64,000 nucleotides of DNA from Alphaproteobacteria bacterium (GTDB taxonomy: Bacteria > Pseudomonadota > Alphaproteobacteria > JAAXGF01), in assembly GCA_963555825.3 (NCBI GenBank), contig CAUVXB020000002.1, positions 3,424,001 to 3,488,000 of the forward strand, written 5' to 3'. Positions within the stretch are counted from its first letter, which is position 1; the number at the start of each line of letters is the position of its first letter. A program made the translations under genes and the position numbers. This document shows positions 53,079 through 63,053 of the stretch, in pieces. The notes beneath the pieces were generated by a model, which saw only the letters and a list, made by a program, of their open reading frames with translations, was not told where the DNA came from and did not search any database.

Positions 53079-53133
53079 CTCTCGAGACCCTCCAAGTCAT
53101 CGCGCAACGCGCGGATTTTCGATTCGACAGCAA

Positions 53134-53844
53134 TCATACAATCTTCGCCGCGGCAGCGTGATCGGCGAACACCGCCGCCTGCGCGGCGCGGACGCGACCC
53201 GCCGGAATCGCCGCGTCGCCATCATGCAGGCGCGCCAGCATGGCGGCCTTGTCCTCGCCGGTCACCAGCCAGACCACTTGCCGCGCGCGGTCGAGCGCCG
53301 GATAGGTCAGGGTCATGCGGCGTCGACCCTGGTATGGCCCGGTGATCGCGACATCGCGATCGCCGACGTCGAGCACCGGATCGCCGGGCACCAGCGACGC
53401 GGTATGGCCGTCGCCGCCGAGACCCAAGTGCACGAGATCGAGCACGGGCGGCGAGCCGGCCACCGCCGCCAGTGTCTCGGCATAGCGCCTTGCCGCCGCG
53501 TCGAGATCATCGCGCTCGACCGGCATCGGGTGGACCCGCGCCGGTACGGTCAAGCTCTCGCGCAAGACGGTGAGGTTGCGGTCCGCATCACCATACGGCG
53601 CGACGCGCTCGTCGACCTGCAGCAGGTCGACGCGATCCCAGGGGACGTCCTCGCGTGCCAGTGCCCGCAGCATACGAATCGGCGTGCTGCCGCCGCTTAG
53701 CGCCAGCGCGAAGCGGCCACGCTCGGCGACCGCGCGCCGGGCGCGGGCGGCGACCGCGCGCCGGGCGCGGGCGGCGATGAAACCCGCGGCCTCGACGGAA
53801 GCCGTATCGGCGTCGGCGAAAACGCGGAGATCCAGGTCGCTCAG
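53134..53844 (-). CDS. pgl: 6-phosphogluconolactonase
   Basis: [31 protein letters not shown]; probable CTG start overlapping the gnd stop. Confidence 0.9.
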   Translation of the reverse strand: MSDLDLRVFADADTASVEAAGFIAARARRAVAARARRAVAERGRFALALSGGSTPIRMLRALAREDVPWDRVDLLQVDERVAPYGDADRNLTVLRESLTVPARVHPMPVERDDLDAAARRYAETLAAVAGSPPVLDLVHLGLGGDGHTASLVPGDPVLDVGDRDVAITGPYQGRRRMTLTYPALDRARQVVWLVTGEDKAAMLARLHDGDAAIPAGRVRAAQAAVFADHAAAAKIV

Positions 53845-54857
53845 CTGTCCTTCTCCACATGCCCGCCGAACTGATAGCGCATGGCCGACAGGACCTTGTT
53901 GGCGAAATCGGCCTCGCCACGCGAACTGAAGCGTTCGTAGACCGCCGCGGAGAGGACATGCGCCGGCACGCCCTCGTCGATCGCCGCGTGCAGCGTCCAA
54001 CGTCCCTCGCCCGAATCCGAGACGCGGCCCGAAAAGTCCGACAGCTCGGCGTCCTCGAGCAGGGCCCGCGCCGTCAGGTCGAGGAGCCACGAGCCGACCA
54101 CGCTGCCGCGCCGCCACAGCTCGGTGATGTCGGCCAGGTTGAAGTCATAGCGGTACGCCTCGGCATTCTCGATCGGCGCGGTCTCGGCGTCGGCGGTCGC
54201 TGGTGCCCGCTTGCCGATGTCGGCGTTGTGCAGGATGTTCAGGCCTTCGGCATAGGCGGCCATGATGCCGTACTCGATGCCGTTGTGGATCATCTTGACG
54301 AAGTGGCCGGCACCGTGCGGCCCGCAATGCAGGTAGCCGTGCTCGGCCGTGCCGCCGATGGCCTCGCGTCCCGGCGTGCGCGGCGCCGTGTCGAGCGGCG
54401 GCGCCAACGACCGGAAGATCGGATCGAGGTGGCGCACCACGGTCTCGTCGCCGCCGATCATCTGACAATAGCCGCGCTCGAGTCCCCACACGCCCCCGCT
54501 GGTGCCGACGTCAAGATAATGGATACCCTCGGCGCCGAGCGCCTGGGCGCGGCGAATGTCGTCTCGGTAATGCGAGTTGCCGCCGTCGACGATGATGTCG
54601 CCGGGCGCCATCAGCGCCGCCAAGTCCCGCGCGGTCTCGTCGACGATAGCCGCCGGCAGCATGATCCAAACCGCGCGCGGCGGTTCCAGTTTGGCGACCA
54701 GATCTTCGAGCGACGCGGCGCCGGTCGCGCCGTCCGCCTCCAGCGGCTCAACGCTGGCGCGGCGTCGGCCGTAGATGACGCAGTCGTGCCCGTCGCGCAA
54801 CAGGCGGCGGACCATGTTGGCACCCATCCGCCCGAGACCGATCATTCCAAGCTGCAT
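53841..54857 (-). CDS. gnd: 6-phosphogluconate dehydrogenase (short form)
   Basis: [50 protein letters not shown]. Confidence 0.95.
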   Translation of the reverse strand: MQLGMIGLGRMGANMVRRLLRDGHDCVIYGRRRASVEPLEADGATGAASLEDLVAKLEPPRAVWIMLPAAIVDETARDLAALMAPGDIIVDGGNSHYRDDIRRAQALGAEGIHYLDVGTSGGVWGLERGYCQMIGGDETVVRHLDPIFRSLAPPLDTAPRTPGREAIGGTAEHGYLHCGPHGAGHFVKMIHNGIEYGIMAAYAEGLNILHNADIGKRAPATADAETAPIENAEAYRYDFNLADITELWRRGSVVGSWLLDLTARALLEDAELSDFSGRVSDSGEGRWTLHAAIDEGVPAHVLSAAVYERFSSRGEADFANKVLSAMRYQFGGHVEKDS

Positions 54858-55003
54858 GCCGTAACCTTTTCACCGCGTCGATAGGTCCGTCCGTCGTGTC
54901 CGCGACTTGCCAGTCTCACACGAATGCGCAATTTTGCGAATTGAATTGAAACGGCGGTCGTCTTCGATGGCCGCGAAGAGGATTTCGGAGGATCGATCGA
55001 CCG

Positions 55004-55783
55004 ATGAGCCGCGCGACCGCCAAGATCGAGCTCACGCCACTGGCTGGCCTTCCTTTGGTCGAGCCGGGCGACGACCTCGCGACGCTGATCACCGACGGTC
55101 TCGCGGCCACGGGTGTCACGCTGAAGGACGGCGATGTTCTCGTCGTCGCCCAGAAAATCATTTCCAAGGCGGAAGACCGCTATGTCGACCTGCGATCGGT
55201 CACGCCGTCGGCGCGCGCGCGCGATCTGGCGTTGAAATGCGAGAAGGATGCGCGGCTGGTCGAGCTGATCCTTTCCGAATCGCGCGAGGTCTTGCGTTGG
55301 CGGCCGGGCGTGCTGGTGGTCGAGCATCGTCTCGGCGTAGTGCTCGCCAACGCCGGGATCGACCGGTCGAACGTCGCGCCCGACGGCGACGCCGAACGCG
55401 TGCTGCTGCTGCCTGAAAACCCCGACGCGACCTGTCGCGCCTTGCGCGAGGCGGTGCGCGCGCGGGCCGGCGTCGACGTCGCCATCATCATCAACGACAG
55501 CGTCGGCCGCGCCTGGCGCCGCGGCACGGCGGGCATCGCCTTGGGCGCCGCCGGGCTGCCGGTGCTCGACGATCAGCGTCGGCGGCCCGATCTCTTCGGC
55601 CGGCCGCTCGAGGTCAGCATCGAGGCGGTGGCCGACGAGTTGGCCGCCGCCGCCTCGCTGGTGCAGGGCCAGGCCGACGAGGGCACGCCGGTGGTGCTGA
55701 TCCGCGGCTTCGACCGCCGTGGCGCCGAGCAGTCCGCGGCATATCTCATTCGGCCCGAGGCCGAGGATCTATTCCGGTCCTGA
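55004..55783 (+). CDS. cofE: Coenzyme F420-0:L-glutamate ligase (single domain)
   Basis: GLPLVEPGDDLA, QKIISKAE, ANAGIDRSN, DSVGRAWRRG, ADELAAAA, EDLFR. Confidence 0.93.
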   Translation: MSRATAKIELTPLAGLPLVEPGDDLATLITDGLAATGVTLKDGDVLVVAQKIISKAEDRYVDLRSVTPSARARDLALKCEKDARLVELILSESREVLRWRPGVLVVEHRLGVVLANAGIDRSNVAPDGDAERVLLLPENPDATCRALREAVRARAGVDVAIIINDSVGRAWRRGTAGIALGAAGLPVLDDQRRRPDLFGRPLEVSIEAVADELAAAASLVQGQADEGTPVVLIRGFDRRGAEQSAAYLIRPEAEDLFRS

Positions 55784-55797
55784 ACGCGGGTCGCGAT

Positions 55798-56763
55798 CTA
55801 AAGCAGCGGCGCGACGTCCATGGCGAATTTTTCCATCTGCTTCATGCCGAAGGAAACCGGCTCGAGGCCGTGGAACTGGAACTCGATGACGAAATGGGAG
55901 ATGCCCGCCTGCATCAGCGCGTTCATTCGATCGGCGCAACGCGCCGGCGAGCCGCTGATCGTCACCGCCAGCGGATCGGTGCTCGGGTCCTGGAAGGCGA
56001 CACCGTTGCGGAGCTTGGGCAGATTGGCCTGGAAGTCGTTCTCGTCCTTGGCGACATAGGCGAAGGTGAAGGCGGCGAGTTTCGGGTCGCTGCCCCATTT
56101 CGCCCCCGCTTCGCACAGCTTGGGCAGCCAGAACGAGCTGGCCTCGTCCTCGGTCGGCCAGAACGGCACGATGTATTCGCCGTAGCGCGCGGTCCGCTCG
56201 ATCGACTTGACCCCGCCACCGATCCAGATCGGCGGATAGGGCTTCTGCACCGGTTTGGGCTCGAGCGTCATGTCGGCCAACTGGTAGTGCTCGCCCTCGA
56301 ACGTCGTCGTCGGCTCGGTCCACAGCCGGGTGATCGCCTCGAGCTGCTCGTCGAACATCTTGCCCCGCTTGCGCCGGTCGACGCCCATCGATGTGAAATC
56401 CTCCTCCCACCAGCCCATGGCGACGCCGGCAATGACCCGGCCGCCCGACATGACGTCGAGGGTCGCCAGGTACTTGGCCCATTGATAGGGCGGCAGTAGG
56501 GGCAGCAGGATCGAGTTGGTGCCCAGCTTGATCGTCGAGGTCGCCTGGGCGATGGCGGGCAGGACGACCAGAGCGTCGAGGACGTCGCGGTTCGGGAAGG
56601 TGGTGAAGAGCCAGCCCGGCGGCAGGGTCATATGGGTCGGCAGGGTGACCGAGTAGAAGCCAAGGTCCTCGGCCAGCCTGGCGGCTTCGACGATCTCGCC
56701 GACCGAAGGGTTCTGCGCGCCCCAGGGGAACAACATGATGCTGATGTCCGACATCTTCGCCAT
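55798..56763 (-). CDS. LLM-class oxidoreductase (probably F420-dependent)
   Basis: LATLDVMSGGRVIAG, PKPVQKPYPPIWIGG. Confidence 0.88.
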   Translation of the reverse strand: MAKMSDISIMLFPWGAQNPSVGEIVEAARLAEDLGFYSVTLPTHMTLPPGWLFTTFPNRDVLDALVVLPAIAQATSTIKLGTNSILLPLLPPYQWAKYLATLDVMSGGRVIAGVAMGWWEEDFTSMGVDRRKRGKMFDEQLEAITRLWTEPTTTFEGEHYQLADMTLEPKPVQKPYPPIWIGGGVKSIERTARYGEYIVPFWPTEDEASSFWLPKLCEAGAKWGSDPKLAAFTFAYVAKDENDFQANLPKLRNGVAFQDPSTDPLAVTISGSPARCADRMNALMQAGISHFVIEFQFHGLEPVSFGMKQMEKFAMDVAPLL

Positions 56764-56955
56764 CGCGATACCCCTTGTTGAGCCGAATTCGCTTGTGGCG
56801 GCTTACGCCACCCGACATCCTCGCAGGGCCTCGCGTCGAATGTCCACTCTCCCGGTCGGTCGAATGGTTGTTTCTGAAGTCGGGGAAGTTCGTGTCATGT
56901 GTCGGGACTCGCATCTGCGTGTCGGCGGCGGGCCTGATCCTGCCGTGACGGTGGG

Positions 56956-57960
56956 ATGACCGCCGCGAGGGGTTCCGGCGTCGAGTGCCTCGCGCTCTCG
57001 GGCGGTATCGGCGGCGCCAAGCTGGTCGTCGGGCTGGCGCGGATCCTCGATCCCGCGCGTCTCCTGGTGGTCGCCAACACCGGCGACGACTTCGAACATC
57101 TCGGCCTTCACGTCTCGCCCGACATCGACACGTTGGTCTACACGCTGTCCGGCCTGGCCAATCCGGAGACCGGCTGGGGCCGCGCTGGCGAGACCTGGAC
57201 GTTCATGGCGGCGCTCGAGGCGCTCGGCGGAGAGACTTGGTTCCGGCTCGGCGACGCCGATCTCGCGATGCACGTCGAGCGCAGCCGGCGCCTTCGCGCG
57301 GGCGAGAGCCTGAGCGCCATTACCGCCGATCTGAGCGCCCGGCTGGGCGTCGCCGTGCGCATCGTGCCGATGAGCGACGATCCGGTCCGCACCGTCGTCG
57401 AGACCGCCGACGGCGCCCTCGACTTCCAGCACTACTTCGTGCGCGAACGCTGCGCGCCGGCGGTGACGGGATTCCGTTTCTCTGGCAGCGAGGCGGCGCG
57501 GCCACAACCGCAGTTCCTCGACGCGCTCGCCGATCCGGGCCTCGGCGGCATACTGATTTGCCCGTCGAACCCATTCATCAGCATCGACCCAATCCTGGCG
57601 CTTCCCGAGGTGCGTGATCGGCTCGCGGCGTGCGCCGCGCCGGTTATCGCCGTGTCACCGATCGTTGGTGGGCGCGCGATCAAGGGGCCGACGGCGAAAA
57701 TGATGCGCGAACTCGGCGGACCGTCTACGACAACCGCGGTGGCGGCCCACTATGGCGAGCTGCTCGACGGTTTCGTCATCGACTGCGCGGACGCGGATGC
57801 CGCCGACGACTTACGCGCGGCCGGGATCGCCGTCCTCGTCACTCGTACCGTCATGGAGAGCCTAGGCGATCGCGAGAGCCTAGCGCGGGCCGTGCTTGGC
57901 TTCGCCAGCGAACTCCGCGAACACGGGAAGCCGGCAAGGGAATCTGGCCACGACGCGTAG
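56956..57960 (+). CDS. cofD: 2-phospho-L-lactate/PEP transferase (CofD/FbiA)
   Basis: LSGGIGGAKL, NTGDDF, SPDIDT, WFRLGDADLA, FQHYFV, PSNPFISI, KGPTAKMM. Confidence 0.95.
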   Translation: MTAARGSGVECLALSGGIGGAKLVVGLARILDPARLLVVANTGDDFEHLGLHVSPDIDTLVYTLSGLANPETGWGRAGETWTFMAALEALGGETWFRLGDADLAMHVERSRRLRAGESLSAITADLSARLGVAVRIVPMSDDPVRTVVETADGALDFQHYFVRERCAPAVTGFRFSGSEAARPQPQFLDALADPGLGGILICPSNPFISIDPILALPEVRDRLAACAAPVIAVSPIVGGRAIKGPTAKMMRELGGPSTTTAVAAHYGELLDGFVIDCADADAADDLRAAGIAVLVTRTVMESLGDRESLARAVLGFASELREHGKPARESGHDA

Positions 57961-58032
57961 GTTTCGATTCTCCTGTCGATGCTGGCGTGCAACACTATCC
58001 GCCACCAGGCGGAGATTGAGCAACGCGCGACC

Positions 58033-61000
58033 ATGTGGGCAGTCCTTCCAGTCAAGTCTCTCGACGACGCGAAGCAGCGGTTGGGCGGCGTGTTGAGTCC
58101 GCGCGAACGGCGCGCGCTGTTCCGTGCCATGGTCGAAGACGTCCTCGCCGCGCTGTCGGCGGTGCGCGGCCTCGACGGCGTCGCCGTGGTGTCGCGCGAC
58201 GCCGACATCGCCGCCCTGGCGCGGCGCTACGGCGCGCGGTTGATCGTTGAGGACGAGGACCGCGGCCAGACCGCGGCGGTGCGAGCGGCGGCCGAGGCGT
58301 TGGCGGCCGAGGGCGTCGCCGGCATGATCACGGTGCCGGGCGATGTCCCGCTTGTCACGCCGGCCGACATCGAAGCGGTCCTCGCTGCGCACGGCACGGC
58401 TCCCGCGATGACGATCGTTCCCGCCCGTGACGACCGGGGTTCCAACTGCATCGCCTGTTCGCCGCCCGATGTCATGGCGTTCGCCTTCGGCGACGACAGC
58501 TTCGCCAAACACCTCGACGCCGCGCGGAGATTGGGCATCGCGCCGCGTGTCGTCCACCTCGCGAGACTCGGCCTCGACGTCGACACGCCGACCGATCTCG
58601 AGCAGCTGCTGGCGCAGCCTGGCGACAAGTTGACGCACCGCTATCTCGGCCACAACGGCGGTGCGGTGCGGCTCGGTCGCCGCCGATCCGGCGACGACGC
58701 GGCCGCCGGACCGCTCGACCGCGCGGCGGCGGGCGATCGGATGACGCCCGACGATGCGCTGGCTTTGGCGGGCGAAACCGACATCGCGGCGCTGACGCGC
58801 GCCGCCGCCGAGCGCCGCGACGTCGGTCACGGCAACGTCGTCTCCTATTCGCGCAAGGTGTTCATTCCCCTGACCCAGCTTTGCCGCGACGTCTGCCATT
58901 ACTGCACCTTCGCGCAGCCGCCGAGGAAGGGCGAACGCGCCTTTATGACCCGTGACGAGGTGCTGGCCGTCGCCCGGGCCGGCGCCGCGGCGGGCTGCAA
59001 GGAGGCATTGTTCACTCTCGGCGACAAGCCCGAGCTGCGCTACCGCGCGGCGCGCGAAGAGCTGGCGCGGCTCGGTCATTCGACGACGATCGCCTATTTG
59101 ACCGAGGTCGCCGGGCTGGTGCTGCGCGAAACCGGCCTGCTGCCGCACGTCAATCCCGGCGTCATGGACGCCGATGACATTGCCGCCCTGCGGGCCGTCT
59201 CGGTGTCGCAGGGGCTGATGCTGGAAAGCGTCTCGGCGCGGCTTTGCGCCAAGGGCGGGCCCCACTACGGCTCGCCCGACAAGGCGCCGGAAAAGCGCCT
59301 CGAAACGATCCGGCTGGCCGGCGAGGCCCGGGTGCCGTTCACCTCCGGCATCCTGATCGGCATCGGCGAGACGAGGCGGGAGCGCATCGAATCAATACTC
59401 GCACTGCGCGGGTTGCACGAGCGCTATGGCCATATCCAGGAGATCATCGTCCAGAACTTCCGCGCCAAGCCCGGTACACGCATGGCCGGCGTGACCGAGC
59501 CGGACCTCGACGAGCTGTTGTGGAGCATCGCCGTCGCGCGCCTCATCTTCGGCCCGGAGACGACCATCCAGGCGCCGCCCAACCTGAGCCCCGGCGCGGC
59601 GGCCCGGTTGGTGGCCGCGGGTGTCGACGACTGGGGCGGGGTGTCGCCGGTCACGCCGGACTTCGTCAATCCCGAGGCGCCCTGGCCGGCGATCGAACGG
59701 CTGGCCGAGGAGACCGCGGCGGCCGGCAAGGCGCTGACCGAGCGGTTGGCAATCTACCCGGCCTACGCGCGCGACGGTAAGCGCTGGCTCGACGAGGCGC
59801 TGCGCCTTCCCGTGCTGCACGCCGTCGACAGCGAGGGCTTCGCGCGGACCGACCCCTGGCATCCCGGCGGCGGTCAGGCGCTCCCCATCGGGGCGGCGCC
59901 CACCGCGCGCAGCAGCCGCGATCTCGATGCGATCCTCGCCCGCGCCTCGGACGGCGGGGAGCTCGGCGAGGCCGACATCGTCCGGCTGTTCCGCGCCCGG
60001 GGCGGCGACGTCGACGCCGTCTGCGCCGCGGCCGACGAGTTGCGCGCGGCGGTCAACGGCGACGTCGTCAGCTATGTCGTCAACCGCAACATCAACTACA
60101 CGAACATCTGTCAATATCGCTGCGGCTTCTGCGCCTTCTCGAAGGGCAAGTTGAGCGAGAACCTGAGGGGCCGGCCCTACGACCTCGACCTCGACGAGAT
60201 CGCCAGGCGGGTGCGTGAAGCCTGGACGCGGGGCGCCACCGAGGTCTGCATGCAGGGCGGCATCCATCCCGCCTACACCGGCCAAACCTACCTCGACATC
60301 TGCCGCGCGGTGAAGGAGGCGGCGCCCGACATTCACGTCCACGCCTTTTCGCCGCTCGAGGTCTGGCACGGCGCCGAGACGCTCGGCCTGAGCCTTTCCG
60401 AGTTCTTCGCGCGACTGCGCGAGGCCGGGCTCAGCTCACTGCCCGGAACCGCGGCCGAAATCCTCGACGACGAGGTCCGCGCCGTGATCTGCCCCGACAA
60501 AGTGAACACGGCGCAGTGGCTCGAGGTCATGGCGGCGGCGCACGATTTGGGCCTGCGCAGCACCGCCACGATCATGTTCGGCCACGTCGACGCGGCCGAG
60601 AACTGGGCACGCCACCTGCTGCGTGTGCGAAACCTTCAGGCGCGGACTGGCGGTTTCACCGAGTTCGTGCCGCTGCCCTTCGTCTACATGGAGGCGCCGC
60701 TCTATCTCAGGGGCGGCGCGCGCAAGGGCCCGACGTTCCGCGAAAGCCTGCTGATGCACGCGGTGGCGCGACTCGCGCTCAACCCGCACATCACCAACAT
60801 CCAGGCCTCGTGGCCCAAGATGGGGCCCGATGGCGCGGCCGCCTGCCTGCGGGCCGGCGTCAACGACATGGGCGGCACGTTGATGAACGAATCGATCAGC
60901 CGCGCCGCCGGCGCCGCTCACGGCCAGGAACTTGCGCCCGGGTCCATGGTGGCTCTGATCCGAGGCGCCGGCCGCGAGCCGGTGCAGCGCACGACGCTCT

Positions 61001-61113
61001 ATGGCCGGCCACCCCGCACGCGCGTCGATGCCGCCGCCACCGCGCCATCGTTGATCCCCCTCGTCACGCCCCCCGTCACGCGGCGCCGCCGCGGCCAGCG
61101 CGCGGCCGAATAA
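58033..61113 (+). CDS. cofC/fbiC: Fused CofC (guanylyltransferase) + FO synthase FbiC (CofG-CofH)
   Basis: N-terminal PVKSL..AKQRL, PGDVP, GSN, FGDDSF, DVDTPTDL; then two radical-SAM motifs CRDVCHYC and CQYRCGFC; no stop between the domains. Confidence 0.92.
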   Translation: MWAVLPVKSLDDAKQRLGGVLSPRERRALFRAMVEDVLAALSAVRGLDGVAVVSRDADIAALARRYGARLIVEDEDRGQTAAVRAAAEALAAEGVAGMITVPGDVPLVTPADIEAVLAAHGTAPAMTIVPARDDRGSNCIACSPPDVMAFAFGDDSFAKHLDAARRLGIAPRVVHLARLGLDVDTPTDLEQLLAQPGDKLTHRYLGHNGGAVRLGRRRSGDDAAAGPLDRAAAGDRMTPDDALALAGETDIAALTRAAAERRDVGHGNVVSYSRKVFIPLTQLCRDVCHYCTFAQPPRKGERAFMTRDEVLAVARAGAAAGCKEALFTLGDKPELRYRAAREELARLGHSTTIAYLTEVAGLVLRETGLLPHVNPGVMDADDIAALRAVSVSQGLMLESVSARLCAKGGPHYGSPDKAPEKRLETIRLAGEARVPFTSGILIGIGETRRERIESILALRGLHERYGHIQEIIVQNFRAKPGTRMAGVTEPDLDELLWSIAVARLIFGPETTIQAPPNLSPGAAARLVAAGVDDWGGVSPVTPDFVNPEAPWPAIERLAEETAAAGKALTERLAIYPAYARDGKRWLDEALRLPVLHAVDSEGFARTDPWHPGGGQALPIGAAPTARSSRDLDAILARASDGGELGEADIVRLFRARGGDVDAVCAAADELRAAVNGDVVSYVVNRNINYTNICQYRCGFCAFSKGKLSENLRGRPYDLDLDEIARRVREAWTRGATEVCMQGGIHPAYTGQTYLDICRAVKEAAPDIHVHAFSPLEVWHGAETLGLSLSEFFARLREAGLSSLPGTAAEILDDEVRAVICPDKVNTAQWLEVMAAAHDLGLRSTATIMFGHVDAAENWARHLLRVRNLQARTGGFTEFVPLPFVYMEAPLYLRGGARKGPTFRESLLMHAVARLALNPHITNIQASWPKMGPDGAAACLRAGVNDMGGTLMNESISRAAGAAHGQELAPGSMVALIRGAGREPVQRTTLYGRPPRTRVDAAATAPSLIPLVTPPVTRRRRGQRAAE

Positions 61114-61374
61114 TACCAAGGAGCAGTGATAAAGACCCATAGAGACGGCTTGCCGTGGTTCTCGGCTAGGCGCGCCCGTCGCGGTGATGCAGCGCATCAC
61201 AAGGCGGGCGGAACGACGTCCGAGGGCCTCGGCAAGCCGCCCTACGGGTCGCGGCCGCTTATCGCCGGAGGGCGTCAGGAAGCCTAGCCGATGCGCTGAA
61301 TCGCCTGCGGCTCCCTTCCTACCCGGCGAAAAGCGGACGCGATCTCTATGAGTCTTTATCACTGCTCCTTGGTA
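61114..61374. mobile_element. MITE (261 bp) with 32-bp TIRs
   Basis: TACCAAGGAGCAGTGATAAAGAC(C/T)CATAGAGA inverted repeats; TAA on both sides. Confidence 0.85.
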
Positions 61375-61462
61375 TAAGAGCGGGACGTCCCCGACTCGGA
61401 AGGCTGCGCGAGTTCGCTCATCCGGATGCCCGCCGCGGGCAATGACGACTAGGGGGAACGGG

Positions 61463-61545
61463 ATGATCGATATCCTCGTGCTCTTCCACAGCGTCTCGGA
61501 ACACGCCTGGCGGCTCGCCGAAGCGGTGGCCGAAGGCGCGCGTGT
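61463..61545 (+). pseudogene. WrbA/flavodoxin-like N-terminal remnant
   Basis: RBS then MIDILVLFHSVSEHAWRLAEAVAEGAR. Confidence 0.6.
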
Positions 61546-61574
61546 CTGGGCTAGGCGACCAGACAGCTAGCCCG

Positions 61575-62519
61575 CTATTCGGCGAGGCGCCAGACTTCGT
61601 CCGCGAAGTACTGCATGTTGTCCAGGGACGCGTCCAGCGACTCGCGCTGGAAGCCGAGCACGAGGTCGCCGACGCCGAGCTCTTCGAGGGCTTGGATGTC
61701 TTCGGCGACGTCCCGGTCGGCGCCCGTCAGGAGTTTCCGCTGACCGTCGTCGGCGGTCGCCGGCTCGGCCGTCCAGTTGCCGCAATAGGCGATCCCGACG
61801 CTCGCGGGGTCGCGGTTGTTCTCTTCGGCGAGCCGGCGCAGTCGCTTGATGGCGTCGGCCATGCGCGCCAAGGTGTCGAGCGGATGGCGCGGGTTCGAGT
61901 AGATCGGATGCCAGGCGTCGCCGTGACGCACGGCGCGGCGCATGGCGGGCGTGCTCTCGCCGCCGACCCAGATCGGCGGATGAGGCTGCTGCACCGGCTT
62001 GGGTTCGAATATGACGTCGGCGACACGGACGTGCTCGCCCTCGAAACGCGGGTCGTCCTCGGTCCATAGCGCCTTGAACGCCTGCAGGTACTCGTCGGTG
62101 ACCCGGCCTCGGTCCTTGAACGGCGGAGCGCCGATGGCCTCGAACTCCTCGGCCAGCCAGCCGACGCCGATGCCCAGGATCATGCGCCCGCCCGACAGTA
62201 CGTCGATGGTCGAGACGACCTTGGCGGTGTGCACGGCGCCGCGCATGGGGATGACGGTCACCGAGGCGAGCAGGCGTAACGACGTGGTGATGGCGGCCAG
62301 GTAGGCCAGATAGGTGAATTGATCGACGCATTCGCCCCAGCCGCTGACGTCGCCGGTCTCGGAATAGGGATAGGCCGAGCCGATGGCGGTCGGTATCACG
62401 ATGTGGTCCGATACGTTAATATGCGAATAATCGAGCGCTTCGGCCCGCTCGATCCAGGCGTCGAGCGATGTCCGCGTGGCCTGCGGACCGGTTTCCGGAA
62501 TTCCCATGCCAATCTTCAT
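61575..62519 (-). CDS. LLM-class F420-dependent oxidoreductase (TIGR03619-like)
   Basis: SDHIVIP..YPYS, IDVLSGGRMILGIGVGW..EEF, PKPVQQPHPPIWVGG. Confidence 0.9.
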   Translation of the reverse strand: MKIGMGIPETGPQATRTSLDAWIERAEALDYSHINVSDHIVIPTAIGSAYPYSETGDVSGWGECVDQFTYLAYLAAITTSLRLLASVTVIPMRGAVHTAKVVSTIDVLSGGRMILGIGVGWLAEEFEAIGAPPFKDRGRVTDEYLQAFKALWTEDDPRFEGEHVRVADVIFEPKPVQQPHPPIWVGGESTPAMRRAVRHGDAWHPIYSNPRHPLDTLARMADAIKRLRRLAEENNRDPASVGIAYCGNWTAEPATADDGQRKLLTGADRDVAEDIQALEELGVGDLVLGFQRESLDASLDNMQYFADEVWRLAE

Positions 62520-62565
62520 CGTGGCGGCTCCTATGGCCCGAGGTGATGACGGTGGTGTCGAACGC

Positions 62566-62994
62566 ATGTTAGCCGATGAGCGACGACGGTTTCTAGACGC
62601 GCAGCGGGTCGCCCGGCTGGCAACGGCGGATGCCGAAGGCCGGCCCCATGTCGTGCCGGTCTGCTATGCGCTGGCCGACGACAGCCTCTACTTCACCATC
62701 GACGCGAAACCCAAACGCAGCGGCGGGACGCGACTCAAGCGGCTCTCCAACATTCGGCAAAATCACCATGTCGCGCTCGTCGTGGACCGCTACGACGAGG
62801 ACTGGAGCCGGCTCGGCTGGGTCATGGTGCAGGGACGCGCGGACATCCTCGAGGCGGGCGACGAGCACGATCGCGCCCAGTCCCGGCTGCGCGCCCGCTA
62901 TCGCCAGCTCCGCGAGATGCGGATCGAACATCTCCCGGTCGTCGCCATTCGAATCGAGCGCATCATCGGCTGGGGAGATCTGAGTCCCGCGTAA
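62566..62994 (+). CDS. PPOX-class F420-dependent oxidoreductase (TIGR03668/Rv0121-like)
   Basis: RVARLATAD..PHVVPVCY, DAKPK, LKRLSNI, DRYDEDWSRLGWV. Confidence 0.88.
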   Translation: MLADERRRFLDAQRVARLATADAEGRPHVVPVCYALADDSLYFTIDAKPKRSGGTRLKRLSNIRQNHHVALVVDRYDEDWSRLGWVMVQGRADILEAGDEHDRAQSRLRARYRQLREMRIEHLPVVAIRIERIIGWGDLSPA

Positions 62995-63053
62995 GGCCGC
63001 GCGGTCGTCGGGGCGACGTCGCCTCGAGCAACAATGGCCGCTACGGGTCCAGG

